Virus record (IMG/VR): IMGVR_UViG_3300025120_000076
Location: 1-52,422 of that record
From: a virus
Taxonomy: Duplodnaviria > Caudoviricetes
Reading direction: 5' to 3' (one strand)
DNA: 52,422 nt
The notes beneath the pieces were generated by a model. It ran no database searches. It was not told the origin of the DNA and saw only the letters and a program-made list of their open reading frames with translations. Below, in pieces: positions 17,359 to 27,927 of the stretch. Made by a program: the position numbers and the translations under genes. The stretch's first letter is position 1. Each line of letters opens with the position of its first letter.

Positions 17359-18834
17359 TTAATACGATGATTCTACGTACTCAGAAGATACAGCAAATAA
17401 TTCTTTAGTTGCACCTACTTCTGTAGTGTTATCTGTTGATATTGTAACTGTTGCAAAATAACCTTTTATACCACTTACTTGGTTTCCAAATATAATTTCT
17501 CCTTGGTTTGCTGGTGTAGAGCTTATTAAGTTTGCAACATATTTATTTTCTTTTCTAACAAAGCCAGCATAATTTCTATTGTAAGGTGGATTTGTATTTC
17601 CAAAAACACTACCATACTGAGCTGGATATATAACCTCTCCGTTTGCTGGGTTTAAAATATATTCACCTTCCATATAACTTAGAATAGAATTAGTAGTATC
17701 ATTAGAGCTAGTGTATTGACCATTGTACTCATCAGGACCAGTTGCATCTGATATAAAACTATCAACTCTCCAACCATTACTACCTTCGTAGTTTATTGTT
17801 TTAAAATTCTTAGATAAACTAACAGCTGGGTTAAATATAAAAGTTATAGATGTACTGTTGTCTACGCCATAAAAATTACCTCTATTAACAGTTGTGCTAT
17901 AGTGTTGATATAAAGATCCATTATTAAAAGTAAAGAAATCATTTCTTAGACTAACCATAAAGTCAGGTTTGTAAGAAAAGAAACTAGACCAACCTCTTAC
18001 TTGTTCATCAAACGCTAAAGTGTTGTAATTGTTATTAGCTGTGTTTTGAAGAGAAACAACATATTGTTTATTATGTATATCCCAGCCACCTACAACAACA
18101 CCTTCGCTAGTAGTTGTGCTTATGCTACTAAACTCATCTCTAAAAAAGTCATACATACCATAATTAGAAACTTCTGTTATACCATCTCTAGATAATCTTA
18201 ATACAGCATTTCTATCTGTATCTACAAAATACTTTCTAAAACCATATGTAGCAAAGCTGTTTGGATTTTTGCTTATACCAAAGTTACCTAAGTAAGGAAC
18301 TATTTGACCAATAACTAAATTTAACTGACTAACCGCTGTTCCTCCTCCTTCAGCCGTATATATAGCATCTTTATCTATAAGTGCATAGCTAACTTTATTT
18401 TCTTGAAATATATTTAAATTAGTGTTTTCTGCGTATAATTTTTGTATACTACCCTGTGCAGGGTCTAAACTTTTAGAAATATCTTCACCAACTGGAAAAA
18501 CATTTGTTTGGTTTATACCTGTTCTAGAGTTAAATATACCTGAGTATATTAAAGAATTTAATCTTTGTGTACCATTAAGTTCTTCTTCTACTAAAAAAGC
18601 TCTAGGTCCAAAATCAACAGTTGTATTATTAAACCCACCTCTAATTCTAGCCTCTTCTATAAACCAGTTAGAGTCATTACCACCACCAGTAGATATAACT
18701 GGCCAAGAGCCATTAACACCTGTAGGCACACCTCTAGAACCATTCCATTTAGGTTCTTCGTTACCAGCTGATCCTTGATTTGTCTTTTTCAATAGAAAAG
18801 AATTAAAATACTTTACTTCTATTATAGCTGCCAT
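17359..18834 (-). CDS. tail nozzle / stabilization protein (beta-propeller-like), second part
   Basis: Motifs GSIQKL, FGISKNP.SFA, VLRLSRDGITEVS, GWSSFFSY and FVRKENKY. Lies in the tail module. Confidence 0.65.
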   Translation of the reverse strand: MAAIIEVKYFNSFLLKKTNQGSAGNEEPKWNGSRGVPTGVNGSWPVISTGGGNDSNWFIEEARIRGGFNNTTVDFGPRAFLVEEELNGTQRLNSLIYSGIFNSRTGINQTNVFPVGEDISKSLDPAQGSIQKLYAENTNLNIFQENKVSYALIDKDAIYTAEGGGTAVSQLNLVIGQIVPYLGNFGISKNPNSFATYGFRKYFVDTDRNAVLRLSRDGITEVSNYGMYDFFRDEFSSISTTTSEGVVVGGWDIHNKQYVVSLQNTANNNYNTLAFDEQVRGWSSFFSYKPDFMVSLRNDFFTFNNGSLYQHYSTTVNRGNFYGVDNSTSITFIFNPAVSLSKNFKTINYEGSNGWRVDSFISDATGPDEYNGQYTSSNDTTNSILSYMEGEYILNPANGEVIYPAQYGSVFGNTNPPYNRNYAGFVRKENKYVANLISSTPANQGEIIFGNQVSGIKGYFATVTISTDNTTEVGATKELFAVSSEYVESSY

Positions 18835-18835
18835 A

Positions 18836-19225
18836 TTATATAATTACACTATTATAAATTAATTTAGGTGGTTTGTTAGTTAAAATCTGAGGAAAATCCC
18901 ATGTTTGCCAAAACAAACCGTCAATCCATTCGCCTTTTCTTTGCATTGCTCTAGGAAAACCTCTATCATAAGACTTAGCTGTGTATGGTTTTGTTATATC
19001 AAGTTGATCTTCACTAATATAAAAAATATCAAATGGTCCTATTTCTCTACCTTGCTCTATTAGTTCAAATATATCGCTTGAATTGTAAGGACCAATCATA
19101 CATATATCTATGTCTTTTGTTTCTTTTTTATGAAGAGCTCCTCCTACTAAATAAAGTTTGTAATCTTTCCAATCAAGTTTTAACAGATTTTTTATGTATT
19201 TTTTTATTTGATTTTGATTATACAT
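18836..19225 (-). CDS. minimal Pol-beta-superfamily nucleotidyltransferase
   Basis: LYLVGG-x7-DIDI motif, with a third Asp in PFDIF. Confidence 0.65.
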   Translation of the reverse strand: MYNQNQIKKYIKNLLKLDWKDYKLYLVGGALHKKETKDIDICMIGPYNSSDIFELIEQGREIGPFDIFYISEDQLDITKPYTAKSYDRGFPRAMQRKGEWIDGLFWQTWDFPQILTNKPPKLIYNSVII

Positions 19226-22200
19226 TACACTACTACGAATTGATAACCTGAAGTACTCTCTGTATCTATGTTTGTTATTGTAACTGTTCTACCCATAGCA
19301 TCTTCAAACAAACCTATTACAGCGCTTTGAGTAGATGCAAAAAACCAATCTCCATTAAAATTACTACAATTTCCGGTGCAAGCGTTAGTATTATCTATTT
19401 CAATTGGATTAGCATTGTTTAAATTATTCCACGTACCATCGTAAAGATAGTAACCATTTTGACTACTTAAACCATCTTGTATTTGAATTATCACCCACAC
19501 AACATCATCTCTATCACTACCAGAGCCAGTATATCCATCATAAGATTTTACATATGTAGGTATATTGCCCATTGTTACTTCTATGGTTTGATCTGTTGAA
19601 GCACCTGGATCAGAAACTCTAGTTACTATAGTATAAGCTTGAATTACAAACGTGCTATCGATAAGTCCACCACCACCAGTTGATCTTTGTAATCTACCTA
19701 TATTGTATAAATCACTTGGATTTCCAGAATTACCTATAATTTGAAATTTATTATTATAAGTATTACCATCAGCCCCTGTAGCAGACACAATGCTCCAAGT
19801 AAGATCTTTTCCTCTATTGTTGTTATTCGGTGTGTTTGCTCCGTTTCTAGCTCTAATATCTGTTATAAATGTGTTACCATAAGTTAATTCTATAGGGCTA
19901 GTAGGTGTAACGCTTTCTATAACCGGTACTCTGTTAATTAAATCTCTTGTAACAGTAAAACTTGTAGTAACAGGAGATTGAAGATTAGGTGTAACACTTA
20001 CTACAAAATTAAAAGTAAAACTTCTTTTACCAGCATCGCTACCATACCACACATTGTCATCCCATAAAGATGTTAATTCTAAAAACCAACCACTATTTTG
20101 ATCACCTGCCCAATTTAAAAAATAATTTGTAACATTAACCGGTGTTGATTCATTTGTAAATACGCTTATTAAACTAAAACTAACTACATTAGTTCCAACT
20201 GGATTTGTATTAGCTGTTTGTATAATTTGCCCTGCGGCATCCAGCGCTTTGTATTTAAATATTTCCTCGCCTTCAGACAATTCTTCAGTGAAAAAAGAAG
20301 ATGTATAATTATCTTGAAGAGATGATGCCGCCCCGGTATCTGAATCACTAACATTATTTATTTGCGTTATTAATCCAGCTGATGTAGTTTCGTAGTATAT
20401 ATCTATAACAGATTCAGTTGGGTCTGTTTCTACAACAGCTAATTGTTGAATACCTGGTAGCGCTGAACTTCCACCTGTTAAAACAGCAGATTTACCAACA
20501 GGTACGTCTATATCATCGGCAAGTAGGATGTATTGTTTTCTTGGCGTTGTTTCAGGATTACTTGAAGCGCCACCTGGAAGATTAGTACAACTGAAATCCC
20601 AACCTAAAACAATAACGTTTGTAGGTCCACCAGCCCAATTAGCAACATATGGATTTACACTAGTGTAAGGTGTATTAAAATTAACTCCTTGTACATCTGT
20701 TGCAAAAACAGGAGTACTAGAAGGCGCGTAATAAGTATTATTGGCAGTATCAGTCCATGCACCAGTAGTACAAATTGTGCTTATTGGAAGAAAAGGATAT
20801 CCTAACTTAAAACTTATATTAGTGTATGAAGAATTACCACTTGGTGTTAAAAAACTAGCTCTTTGACCTAATTTAGAATTTACACCTAATTGAGCTATTA
20901 AAGGGTTAGAATCGTATAAATAAAATTGAGGAAAATTATTAGGTACAGGAGGATTTGTGGGATCATAATCAAACAAGTCTCTAAGATTAGATATAGTACT
21001 TACAGTAATACCTTCTATTTCTGGTAGTATTTGTTCGTTACCTAATCCTATTCCATACTGTGTGTTATTTCGATTATTTGTTGGAACTGTATCTGTATTG
21101 ATAACTCTTGGAAATAATATTACAGAACTTCTAAATTGTCTTTGCTGTGGCCCTACTTCAGATAAATCTCTAGGTATTTTATTTATATTATCACCAACTA
21201 AAACTGTATTTGATACATTAGCTTGGTTAATACTAGGATTAATGCCCGCTACTATAGGCTGAGAAGACATTATACCAGGTAAATAAGCATTGTAATAATC
21301 TTGTTGAGTTTGTTTTACTACTATTCTATAAGAATACCATCCTAGTGGATTATAACTTGATGAAGTTGCATCACCATCATAAATTCCAGGCCAATTAGTA
21401 TTTTGATCTGGGCTTGAAGGTCCTATAGAGTTATTTAATATTACTTTTAAAGAATCTCCAGGAAAATTATCAGCTCCAGTAGTTGTTGAATAATTAGAGT
21501 ATGGGTGATACAAGGTTGAACCACCATAAGTTATACCTCCTATAGTTACAGTTTGATCCGTGTTAGACAGTACGACAGAAGAAGATCTACCATATCTATC
21601 TGATAAAACAAAACCAACTTGATAATTTCTATTTTGTTTTAAAGAACTATTAGGATATTCTATTTTACTTGTGGTATTTTTTACAACATCTGTCCCTGTG
21701 TATACAGCAAAATCTGATTTAGTAGTGGCTGTAACATTATAATCTAAACCCTCAGGTGACGTGTGTTTATCTTGATAATTACCATAAATAATTCTATTAC
21801 TAGAAACCTCTTGTGCTAAAGCCTTAACTGGTACCTTATCATAAACCCTGCTTATTTCAGAAGATGGTAGTGTTTTAAATGGTTTTGTAGATTCATATAC
21901 ATATTTAACAACAGTGTTAGTTCCCTCTGCTGTTATTTGGGCTGCATCTATGGTATCTATAAGTTGTAAGGCTAAACCACTAGATTCTTTACCTATTATT
22001 TCTATTTCATCTATATCAAAAGTAGATGCAATCGTGTTCGCTGCCGCTCTATTTCCGTCTGATTTCAAAGGCATCGGTATAAGAGCTCCTATTTTATCTA
22101 CTTTATTTTCCATGAATTTAACTATAGTAGTTTGAAAACTATCTTTCATGTCTTCTTGAACGTTGCTAGCATTAGAATCATCATAAATAAAATAACCATC

Positions 22201-23040
22201 TTGCTTTGGAATAAAAGCTATTTGTGTAAAAGGAGCTAATACAGAATATTCTCCATCTTTAAATTTAAATCTATATGAAAATCTTATAAACTTATCATCA
22301 AGAAATTCTTGATCACCAGCATAATCAGCTTCATAATAAGGATTAGTAGGGTTTACTGCTGGATTAGTTGTAACATCTAATGGTAAGAACTCATCAGCCA
22401 CATTAAACATCGTTGTTTGATATTCGCCAATACCTTGGTTTGTAGATGGAGCTTTAAAATCAGCGGCAATAGCTGCTGTTATTTCCTCGTATAATTCTAT
22501 AGGTTGATAAGGACTTAATTTTGCTACAGATATTTTATCTTCTGAATTATAAAAAGCGCTGTTAGAAGCAGCTATACCTACGTTTATTTTTCTAGGTTGA
22601 TTTCTGTTATCTGTAAAAAACAAAAAATCTTCTAATATGTTTATACCATATACTGGGTTTTGTGTAGAAAAATTTAAGAAAGCTCCTTCAACTAATTTAG
22701 TAGATGTTTCAGAAACTGTGTTATATCTATATATATAGTTATTAGCCATTTTATTATAAATAGACCCACTATGATCTGTTAAAAACACATATATAAAGTT
22801 GTTTAATTCATCTACATGTGCACCTATTACATTCAGTGTGCCAGCAGCCAAACCTTCTTTTACTGAAAAATCCACTTTTAAAGCATTACCTAATACATTT
22901 TCAAGAGCACCAACATCAGCACCTTCAGATCTACTTATCTGAGCATTTATAGCATTTCTATATTCTCCAGAAGGAACAAGTCTTGCTTCAAGATCTTTGT
23001 TCATTTTAGAACCTACAAAAGCATTTTTAACTTCAGCCAT
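19225..23040 (-). CDS. large tail nozzle / stabilization protein
   Basis: N-terminus KMNKDLEARLVPSGEYRNA.N, plus LFFTDNRNQPRKIN, RFSYRFKF and NRIIYGNY, characteristic of nozzle proteins of Bacteroidota podoviruses. Confidence 0.7.
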   Translation of the reverse strand: MAEVKNAFVGSKMNKDLEARLVPSGEYRNAINAQISRSEGADVGALENVLGNALKVDFSVKEGLAAGTLNVIGAHVDELNNFIYVFLTDHSGSIYNKMANNYIYRYNTVSETSTKLVEGAFLNFSTQNPVYGINILEDFLFFTDNRNQPRKINVGIAASNSAFYNSEDKISVAKLSPYQPIELYEEITAAIAADFKAPSTNQGIGEYQTTMFNVADEFLPLDVTTNPAVNPTNPYYEADYAGDQEFLDDKFIRFSYRFKFKDGEYSVLAPFTQIAFIPKQDGYFIYDDSNASNVQEDMKDSFQTTIVKFMENKVDKIGALIPMPLKSDGNRAAANTIASTFDIDEIEIIGKESSGLALQLIDTIDAAQITAEGTNTVVKYVYESTKPFKTLPSSEISRVYDKVPVKALAQEVSSNRIIYGNYQDKHTSPEGLDYNVTATTKSDFAVYTGTDVVKNTTSKIEYPNSSLKQNRNYQVGFVLSDRYGRSSSVVLSNTDQTVTIGGITYGGSTLYHPYSNYSTTTGADNFPGDSLKVILNNSIGPSSPDQNTNWPGIYDGDATSSSYNPLGWYSYRIVVKQTQQDYYNAYLPGIMSSQPIVAGINPSINQANVSNTVLVGDNINKIPRDLSEVGPQQRQFRSSVILFPRVINTDTVPTNNRNNTQYGIGLGNEQILPEIEGITVSTISNLRDLFDYDPTNPPVPNNFPQFYLYDSNPLIAQLGVNSKLGQRASFLTPSGNSSYTNISFKLGYPFLPISTICTTGAWTDTANNTYYAPSSTPVFATDVQGVNFNTPYTSVNPYVANWAGGPTNVIVLGWDFSCTNLPGGASSNPETTPRKQYILLADDIDVPVGKSAVLTGGSSALPGIQQLAVVETDPTESVIDIYYETTSAGLITQINNVSDSDTGAASSLQDNYTSSFFTEELSEGEEIFKYKALDAAGQIIQTANTNPVGTNVVSFSLISVFTNESTPVNVTNYFLNWAGDQNSGWFLELTSLWDDNVWYGSDAGKRSFTFNFVVSVTPNLQSPVTTSFTVTRDLINRVPVIESVTPTSPIELTYGNTFITDIRARNGANTPNNNNRGKDLTWSIVSATGADGNTYNNKFQIIGNSGNPSDLYNIGRLQRSTGGGGLIDSTFVIQAYTIVTRVSDPGASTDQTIEVTMGNIPTYVKSYDGYTGSGSDRDDVVWVIIQIQDGLSSQNGYYLYDGTWNNLNNANPIEIDNTNACTGNCSNFNGDWFFASTQSAVIGLFEDAMGRTVTITNIDTESTSGYQFVVV

Positions 23041-23045
23041 TTAAT

Positions 23046-24296
23046 TTAGTGTTTTATCCATTTAGATTTACCACGCATAACTTGAACTATTTCATCAAGC
23101 TTAATATTAGATAATCTTATCTTTGTGTTTCTAAGTTTTGCACTTTTTTCTCTCTTGAATCTTTGTACAATATATTCAGGTTGATTTATTCTACTAGCTA
23201 ATACAGCATGAGATATATAAGAATACATAGCGTCTTCTGCTAGTTTAGGAATTTTAGTATCCATATCTGTAGCTAAGCCATCAGATATATATTCAAATAT
23301 AATCAACTTATCTTTTAAATTACTAGAAAAAGAAACTTTACCTTCTCTTTCATTCATGTTAAACCAACCGTTTGCTTGTGATGTTTGAGGTTCTAACCCA
23401 TACATTTGACCCCAACTAGCACCAAACCAAGAACCTGTATAATCCCAGTTATAAGCCCACATGTCATTTGTAAAATCATTTGTATTGAAGTTACCATTTA
23501 TAAACTTATCATTTGCTTCATGCCATCTTTCTTGTGTTATTGAAGAACCTTCAAGATCATTTCCAAAATTATCTTGAGTAGGTATTCCTTGACTGTCTTG
23601 AATTTGCGTATTATAAGGACTTGTTGTTAAGTTGTTTGTTGGATAAATAGGATGTAAAACACCTAAAGCATCTACCCAAGAAAACTTTACATAATTAACA
23701 TAATCCTGTGGCAACACTAGTGTTAATCCATCAGGTATAGTTAGTTCAGATGATTTAATGCTTTTTAATGTATCATAACTAAACTCTTGTATAGCTCTTT
23801 TTGCATGAAAAACTATATCAGTTCTTTTTACATCTAATATTAATTTACCTTCACCTACATAAGCTACTATAAAATTATTTACAATATCTTCTAGTTTTAC
23901 GTATTGATAACCGCCATAATTATCTTCTACGGTTTGACCATATGCTTTGTCAGCAGGCGTAGCGCCGTATTTTCCTCCGTCAAGTATTGTTAATTGAACA
24001 ACTATATAGTCTGTTGTAGCTACGGTTATAGTTATATCGTTACCACTAACACTATAACCAGAGGTTATTTCAACCCAAGAGCCTGGAGTAGCCGTACCAC
24101 TTTTATATATTTTAAAATTATTTAAAGCATAGTCTGCGTTATTAGGATTTATGTCACCTAAATATAAATCTGTATTAAAAGTTGTTTTTAATATTTGATT
24201 CGCAGTATTATCCCCTTTAAATGGTTGAGCACCTTGGTAATATTGTTGACCAGTTTCTGTTATTAATCCATTAGTTGGAGGTTTTATTACACTCAT
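23046..24296 (-). CDS. structural protein, probable tail adaptor / ring protein
   Basis: Motifs LPQDYVNYVK, FEYISDG and IPKLAEDA. Lies between capsid and nozzle genes. Confidence 0.6.
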   Translation of the reverse strand: MSVIKPPTNGLITETGQQYYQGAQPFKGDNTANQILKTTFNTDLYLGDINPNNADYALNNFKIYKSGTATPGSWVEITSGYSVSGNDITITVATTDYIVVQLTILDGGKYGATPADKAYGQTVEDNYGGYQYVKLEDIVNNFIVAYVGEGKLILDVKRTDIVFHAKRAIQEFSYDTLKSIKSSELTIPDGLTLVLPQDYVNYVKFSWVDALGVLHPIYPTNNLTTSPYNTQIQDSQGIPTQDNFGNDLEGSSITQERWHEANDKFINGNFNTNDFTNDMWAYNWDYTGSWFGASWGQMYGLEPQTSQANGWFNMNEREGKVSFSSNLKDKLIIFEYISDGLATDMDTKIPKLAEDAMYSYISHAVLASRINQPEYIVQRFKREKSAKLRNTKIRLSNIKLDEIVQVMRGKSKWIKH

Positions 24297-24302
24297 GATT
24301 TA

Positions 24303-25520
24303 TTATGATTTAGAGTTTGATTCTTCTGCTTGTATAGCTTGTGTTGCTACTTGTACTATTTGTGGATCTCTTATGACCACTCCAGCATATGCTAGTATTC
24401 TTACGATTACTTCTGTTTGCTCTACATTAGACAACTCAAATTGTGTTGACGTAGAACTACTATACACATATTGACCAAGCGTTCCTACTGTAAATCCCCA
24501 TATAGGATTATTAGGTTTTCTAATATAACTAATATCTATATCAGAAACAGTAGTTATACTTTTAGGATATACTAATACGTGTTGTTGACCTGTATTAGAT
24601 CCAGAAGTTCCTTGAGTTGCTTGTTCATATAGATAAACAGGGAAAGTTTCAGAAGGTTTTGTAATAGGAGATAAGTTTAAATACAATAGTTCGTTTCTAT
24701 CTACTCTTTGTATTTCTTTGTTTTTATAAATAACAGTACCTATTCTATGTGTATTTGATGGTGGTAAAAAATATAAATCTATGTTTATAGAATTAATAGT
24801 TGCGGTTGCGTTTGCACCACCGCCATTTATATTTACTATATCATTAACAGAATATCCACTACCAAGAGCATTTATAGATGCAGAAGATATAGCTCCTACA
24901 CTTGCACTTGTTAATGTTATAGCGCCTGTTCCACTACTTCCAGCTTGTGTTATGGTTAAAACTTCATTTCCACCAGTATAACCTGTTCCTGGTTGATTAA
25001 TTGTTAATCCAGTTATAGCACCTGTATTACTAACGCTGTTTATATTTACAGTTAAATCATTATTACCAGTTGTTCCGGTTACGGTTGCTAATCCTACTCC
25101 GTTAGTATAGCCAGTTCCAGGTGTTGATATAATAAACCCCGGTGTTACTGTTTGTATATTTAAAGTTAAATCATTGTTACTTCCAGCTAATGTAGTACCT
25201 ACATTATTTGTGTCTGCATATCCTGTTCCAGCGGCTGTTATTGATAAATCTAAAACCGCTCCAATAGGTACAGATATGGGTTTAGCAAATGTTTTAAATA
25301 TTGATATTGCTGTGTTAATATTTTTTTGCCTATTAACATACTCAGTATCTGTTTGTGGTATTCTTAATAATTGATTATAATCTTCAAAGTAATTTTCAAA
25401 TATCTCTAATTGTACTTGAGCGGCTAGTTTATTAAACTCATCTGGAGTTATATAACCTCTCTGTTCTTTGTTTAAAATAGATAAAACAGTAGTGTATACA
25501 GTGTTTACGTTAATTGCCAT
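24303..25520 (-). CDS. structural protein, probable head-tail adaptor with inserted GxGY-repeat domain
   Basis: Conserved-looking ends (ILNKEQRGYITPDEFN; YIRKP..P.WGF) flank a T/G/N-rich insert with four G[TS]GY repeats. Confidence 0.6.
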   Translation of the reverse strand: MAINVNTVYTTVLSILNKEQRGYITPDEFNKLAAQVQLEIFENYFEDYNQLLRIPQTDTEYVNRQKNINTAISIFKTFAKPISVPIGAVLDLSITAAGTGYADTNNVGTTLAGSNNDLTLNIQTVTPGFIISTPGTGYTNGVGLATVTGTTGNNDLTVNINSVSNTGAITGLTINQPGTGYTGGNEVLTITQAGSSGTGAITLTSASVGAISSASINALGSGYSVNDIVNINGGGANATATINSINIDLYFLPPSNTHRIGTVIYKNKEIQRVDRNELLYLNLSPITKPSETFPVYLYEQATQGTSGSNTGQQHVLVYPKSITTVSDIDISYIRKPNNPIWGFTVGTLGQYVYSSSTSTQFELSNVEQTEVIVRILAYAGVVIRDPQIVQVATQAIQAEESNSKS

Positions 25521-25539
25521 AAGTTTTTATTATATTAAG

Positions 25540-25567
25540 GATAGGTGATCACAAATGACCACCTATC
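25540..25567 (-). promoter_or_regulatory. intergenic hairpin (leader stem-loop or weak terminator)
   Basis: Minus strand reads GATAGGTGGTCA-tttg-TGATCACCTATC, a 12-bp stem with one G-U pair and no strong U-tract. Confidence 0.55.
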
Positions 25568-25570
25568 ATT

Positions 25571-25600
25571 AATAATCACTTGTTAATTTATTTTTTTATC
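25571..25600 (-). promoter_or_regulatory. putative late promoter motif, copy 3
   Basis: GATAAAAA-N11-AAGTGATTAT, with the same spacing as the copies at 43201 and 50722. Confidence 0.45.
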
Positions 25601-26347
25601 TATAGATTTGTAAACCTCTACACCTTCGTCTGTTTTTAAATAAGCAGCAAAAGCTGAATAAGGATTTTCATCAAAAGGAACATTCATTAATTTTTTTCCA
25701 TTTGAACCCCAGGTAAAAGTTCTTTGATCTGGCGATAGTTTAATCACGTTAGATTCGGTTGCTTTAATCGCAAAGTTTCTAAGTTGAACATTTTCGTCAT
25801 TAGCTAATGCAATAAATGTTTTAGGATTTTGTTTAGCAAATAAAAGTAAATCTCTTTTTATTTCTTTTGAGCTCATTTTGTTTACTTGGCTTCCTAATTC
25901 AACTCTTAGTATTGCTTCTTGATGTTCTATATCCATTTGTTTAGCAGCGTTTAATGCTGTTATTTCTAACTCTATAACTTCAAGCTCATCATTAGCCACT
26001 TCTATTCTATCGTGCTCTCTATACAAACCATTTAATAACGGATGGTAAAGAGAAAGTATTTTTTGTAAGTTCTGTTTATTCTTTTGAACAGTTAAAACAC
26101 CATCTTTAAAAGTAATATGACCCATTGTAGCTTCGCCTAATTGCTCATCTACAAAAACAGATGATTGATTAGTTGCATAACGCAACTCTCTTTGCATCCC
26201 TTTTTCTTCGTCATACCAAAGTAAAGCGTGTTTTTTTGTATGCTTACTAGGTATTGTTAATGTTAACGGACTTTTGTTCCCCGTTAAATAATAATGTCTA
26301 TCTTTCATTTCCCAACCTTCAGGTTGAGATATTTTTTGTTTTTTCAT
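25583..26347 (-). CDS. hypothetical protein downstream of the major capsid gene
   Basis: 254-aa ORF in the head module with no recognised motif. Confidence 0.75.
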   Translation of the reverse strand: MKKQKISQPEGWEMKDRHYYLTGNKSPLTLTIPSKHTKKHALLWYDEEKGMQRELRYATNQSSVFVDEQLGEATMGHITFKDGVLTVQKNKQNLQKILSLYHPLLNGLYREHDRIEVANDELEVIELEITALNAAKQMDIEHQEAILRVELGSQVNKMSSKEIKRDLLLFAKQNPKTFIALANDENVQLRNFAIKATESNVIKLSPDQRTFTWGSNGKKLMNVPFDENPYSAFAAYLKTDEGVEVYKSIDKKIN

Positions 26348-26370
26348 AATATAATATAATAAAATTAATA

Positions 26371-26407
26371 AAAGTAATAATTACCCCCGTTGATTTAACG
26401 AGGGTAA
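26371..26407 (-). terminator. probable terminator after the major capsid gene
   Basis: Minus strand reads TTACCCTCGTT-aaatc-AACGGGGGTAA followed by TTATTACTTTT. Confidence 0.65.
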
Positions 26408-26423
26408 GAATTACATTAATATA

Positions 26424-27911
26424 CTAGATACCTTTGAATAATACAAAGTTGTTTCTAGCTTGAGTTACTAAACATCTTTCAGATAAGAAGTTAACTTCCA
26501 TAGCATCTAAAGAAGAAGTAAATGCACCGCCAACTGAACCAGTTAACCATGATTTCATTCGTCTGTCATCAGCTTGAGAAGCTCTATATCTTACATGTAA
26601 GAAAGGACGTCTAATGTTTGTACCTAAGATTTGGTCATAAACAGTAGAAGTACCTGCAGGAACTAATACTCCTTCAATTGAAGCAGGACCAGTCATTGCA
26701 CCACGCGTTGAAGCGTCGTTTAAGTATTTCCAATCTGTTTTATAGAAATCATAAGAACCTCTTCTAAATCCAGAGAATCCTAAGTTCAATGCCATTTCTT
26801 CAGAGTTTTCGAATAAACCGAAAGCTACACCACCTGCAAAACCTCCAGAGATAGAAGCTAACATGTCGTCAAAATCAAGAGCAGTAGATCTGTTCAAGAA
26901 TAACATGTTTTCTTCAATAGCTCCTTGAGTATCAAGGTTTTTAAGAATGTCATCAAAAGCATCTAAACCAGCAGCAGCAGTGAAACCTACTTCAACGTTA
27001 CCACCGTTTTGAATAGCTGCAAATAAACCTTCAGTTCCAGGATTAGCAGCTGGTACACCAGCAGCTCCTGCGTTAAGTTCACCTTCAACCATCGCCATTT
27101 CTAAGTAATCTTCAAATCTCAATCTTGTTTCAGATTCAGCTTTTAGATACCATAAATAACCTCCAGTTCCGTCTTCAGTAGCAACTTCTACCCAACCTAT
27201 CTGAGCAGTGTCAGAACCATTGATTGTGTATTGGCTTCTTAAGATTATTGGAGAGTTAGAAAAAGTAGTAAATGCAGGATCAACAGTAACCATTGGGTTA
27301 TTTGCTGAAGCGCCAACGTTAATTCCTTGAGGAGCATTTAACGTATTACTTCCTTTTTGAAAGTCAGAACCGTATACAAAGATCTTAACTGGGTTACCGT
27401 TAACGATACCACTAGCAGCTAAGTTAGCTCCTTGATAAGGCTCAACAATTAATTGTCCTGGAGTACCAGCACCACCTGCAGCGTTTGTGTTAGATGATGT
27501 TACTAAACATTTTACTTCGTTTCCAAAGTCATCCATTACAACGATTGTTGATAGTGGAGATATAACGTTTAGAATTGGCACAGCGGCACCAGCAGCTGTA
27601 ACAGGAATTGTAATAGTTGCACCGGCACCACCGGCTCCTGCTACTACACAGTTGTCATATGAAATATGTAGTCTGGTTTGTTCAGACCAAATAACTTGAT
27701 CAGATGTCATTGGCATCTCTGCTCCAACCATACGTAGAAATCCTGATAACGTTCTGTTACCATATCTCTCTACCTCTTGCTCATAAAGCTCAGGTAAATA
27801 TTGTTGTGCAAAGTTTCCGCCAGCAGCACCGTCAAATTGTAGATAATTGTTTGCAAGCGTTTGTTGAGACGCTGAAGGTATTATCGAACCAAATTGTGGA
27901 CTTATAGCCAT
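26424..27911 (-). CDS. major capsid protein
   Basis: 495 aa following portal and scaffold and followed by a terminator. Motifs YLPELYEQEVERYG, RLRFEDYLE and SERCLVT. Codon usage looks like a highly expressed gene. Confidence 0.8.
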   Translation of the reverse strand: MAISPQFGSIIPSASQQTLANNYLQFDGAAGGNFAQQYLPELYEQEVERYGNRTLSGFLRMVGAEMPMTSDQVIWSEQTRLHISYDNCVVAGAGGAGATITIPVTAAGAAVPILNVISPLSTIVVMDDFGNEVKCLVTSSNTNAAGGAGTPGQLIVEPYQGANLAASGIVNGNPVKIFVYGSDFQKGSNTLNAPQGINVGASANNPMVTVDPAFTTFSNSPIILRSQYTINGSDTAQIGWVEVATEDGTGGYLWYLKAESETRLRFEDYLEMAMVEGELNAGAAGVPAANPGTEGLFAAIQNGGNVEVGFTAAAGLDAFDDILKNLDTQGAIEENMLFLNRSTALDFDDMLASISGGFAGGVAFGLFENSEEMALNLGFSGFRRGSYDFYKTDWKYLNDASTRGAMTGPASIEGVLVPAGTSTVYDQILGTNIRRPFLHVRYRASQADDRRMKSWLTGSVGGAFTSSLDAMEVNFLSERCLVTQARNNFVLFKGI

Positions 27912-27927
27912 AATAAATAATTTTTAA

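Noticed and set aside
27885-27911. Capsid N-terminus MAISPQFGS as another member of the MAYxQ..FGP leader family
   Set aside because: The resemblance is limited to MA, SP and FG, which is too weak to support without an alignment of homologues.
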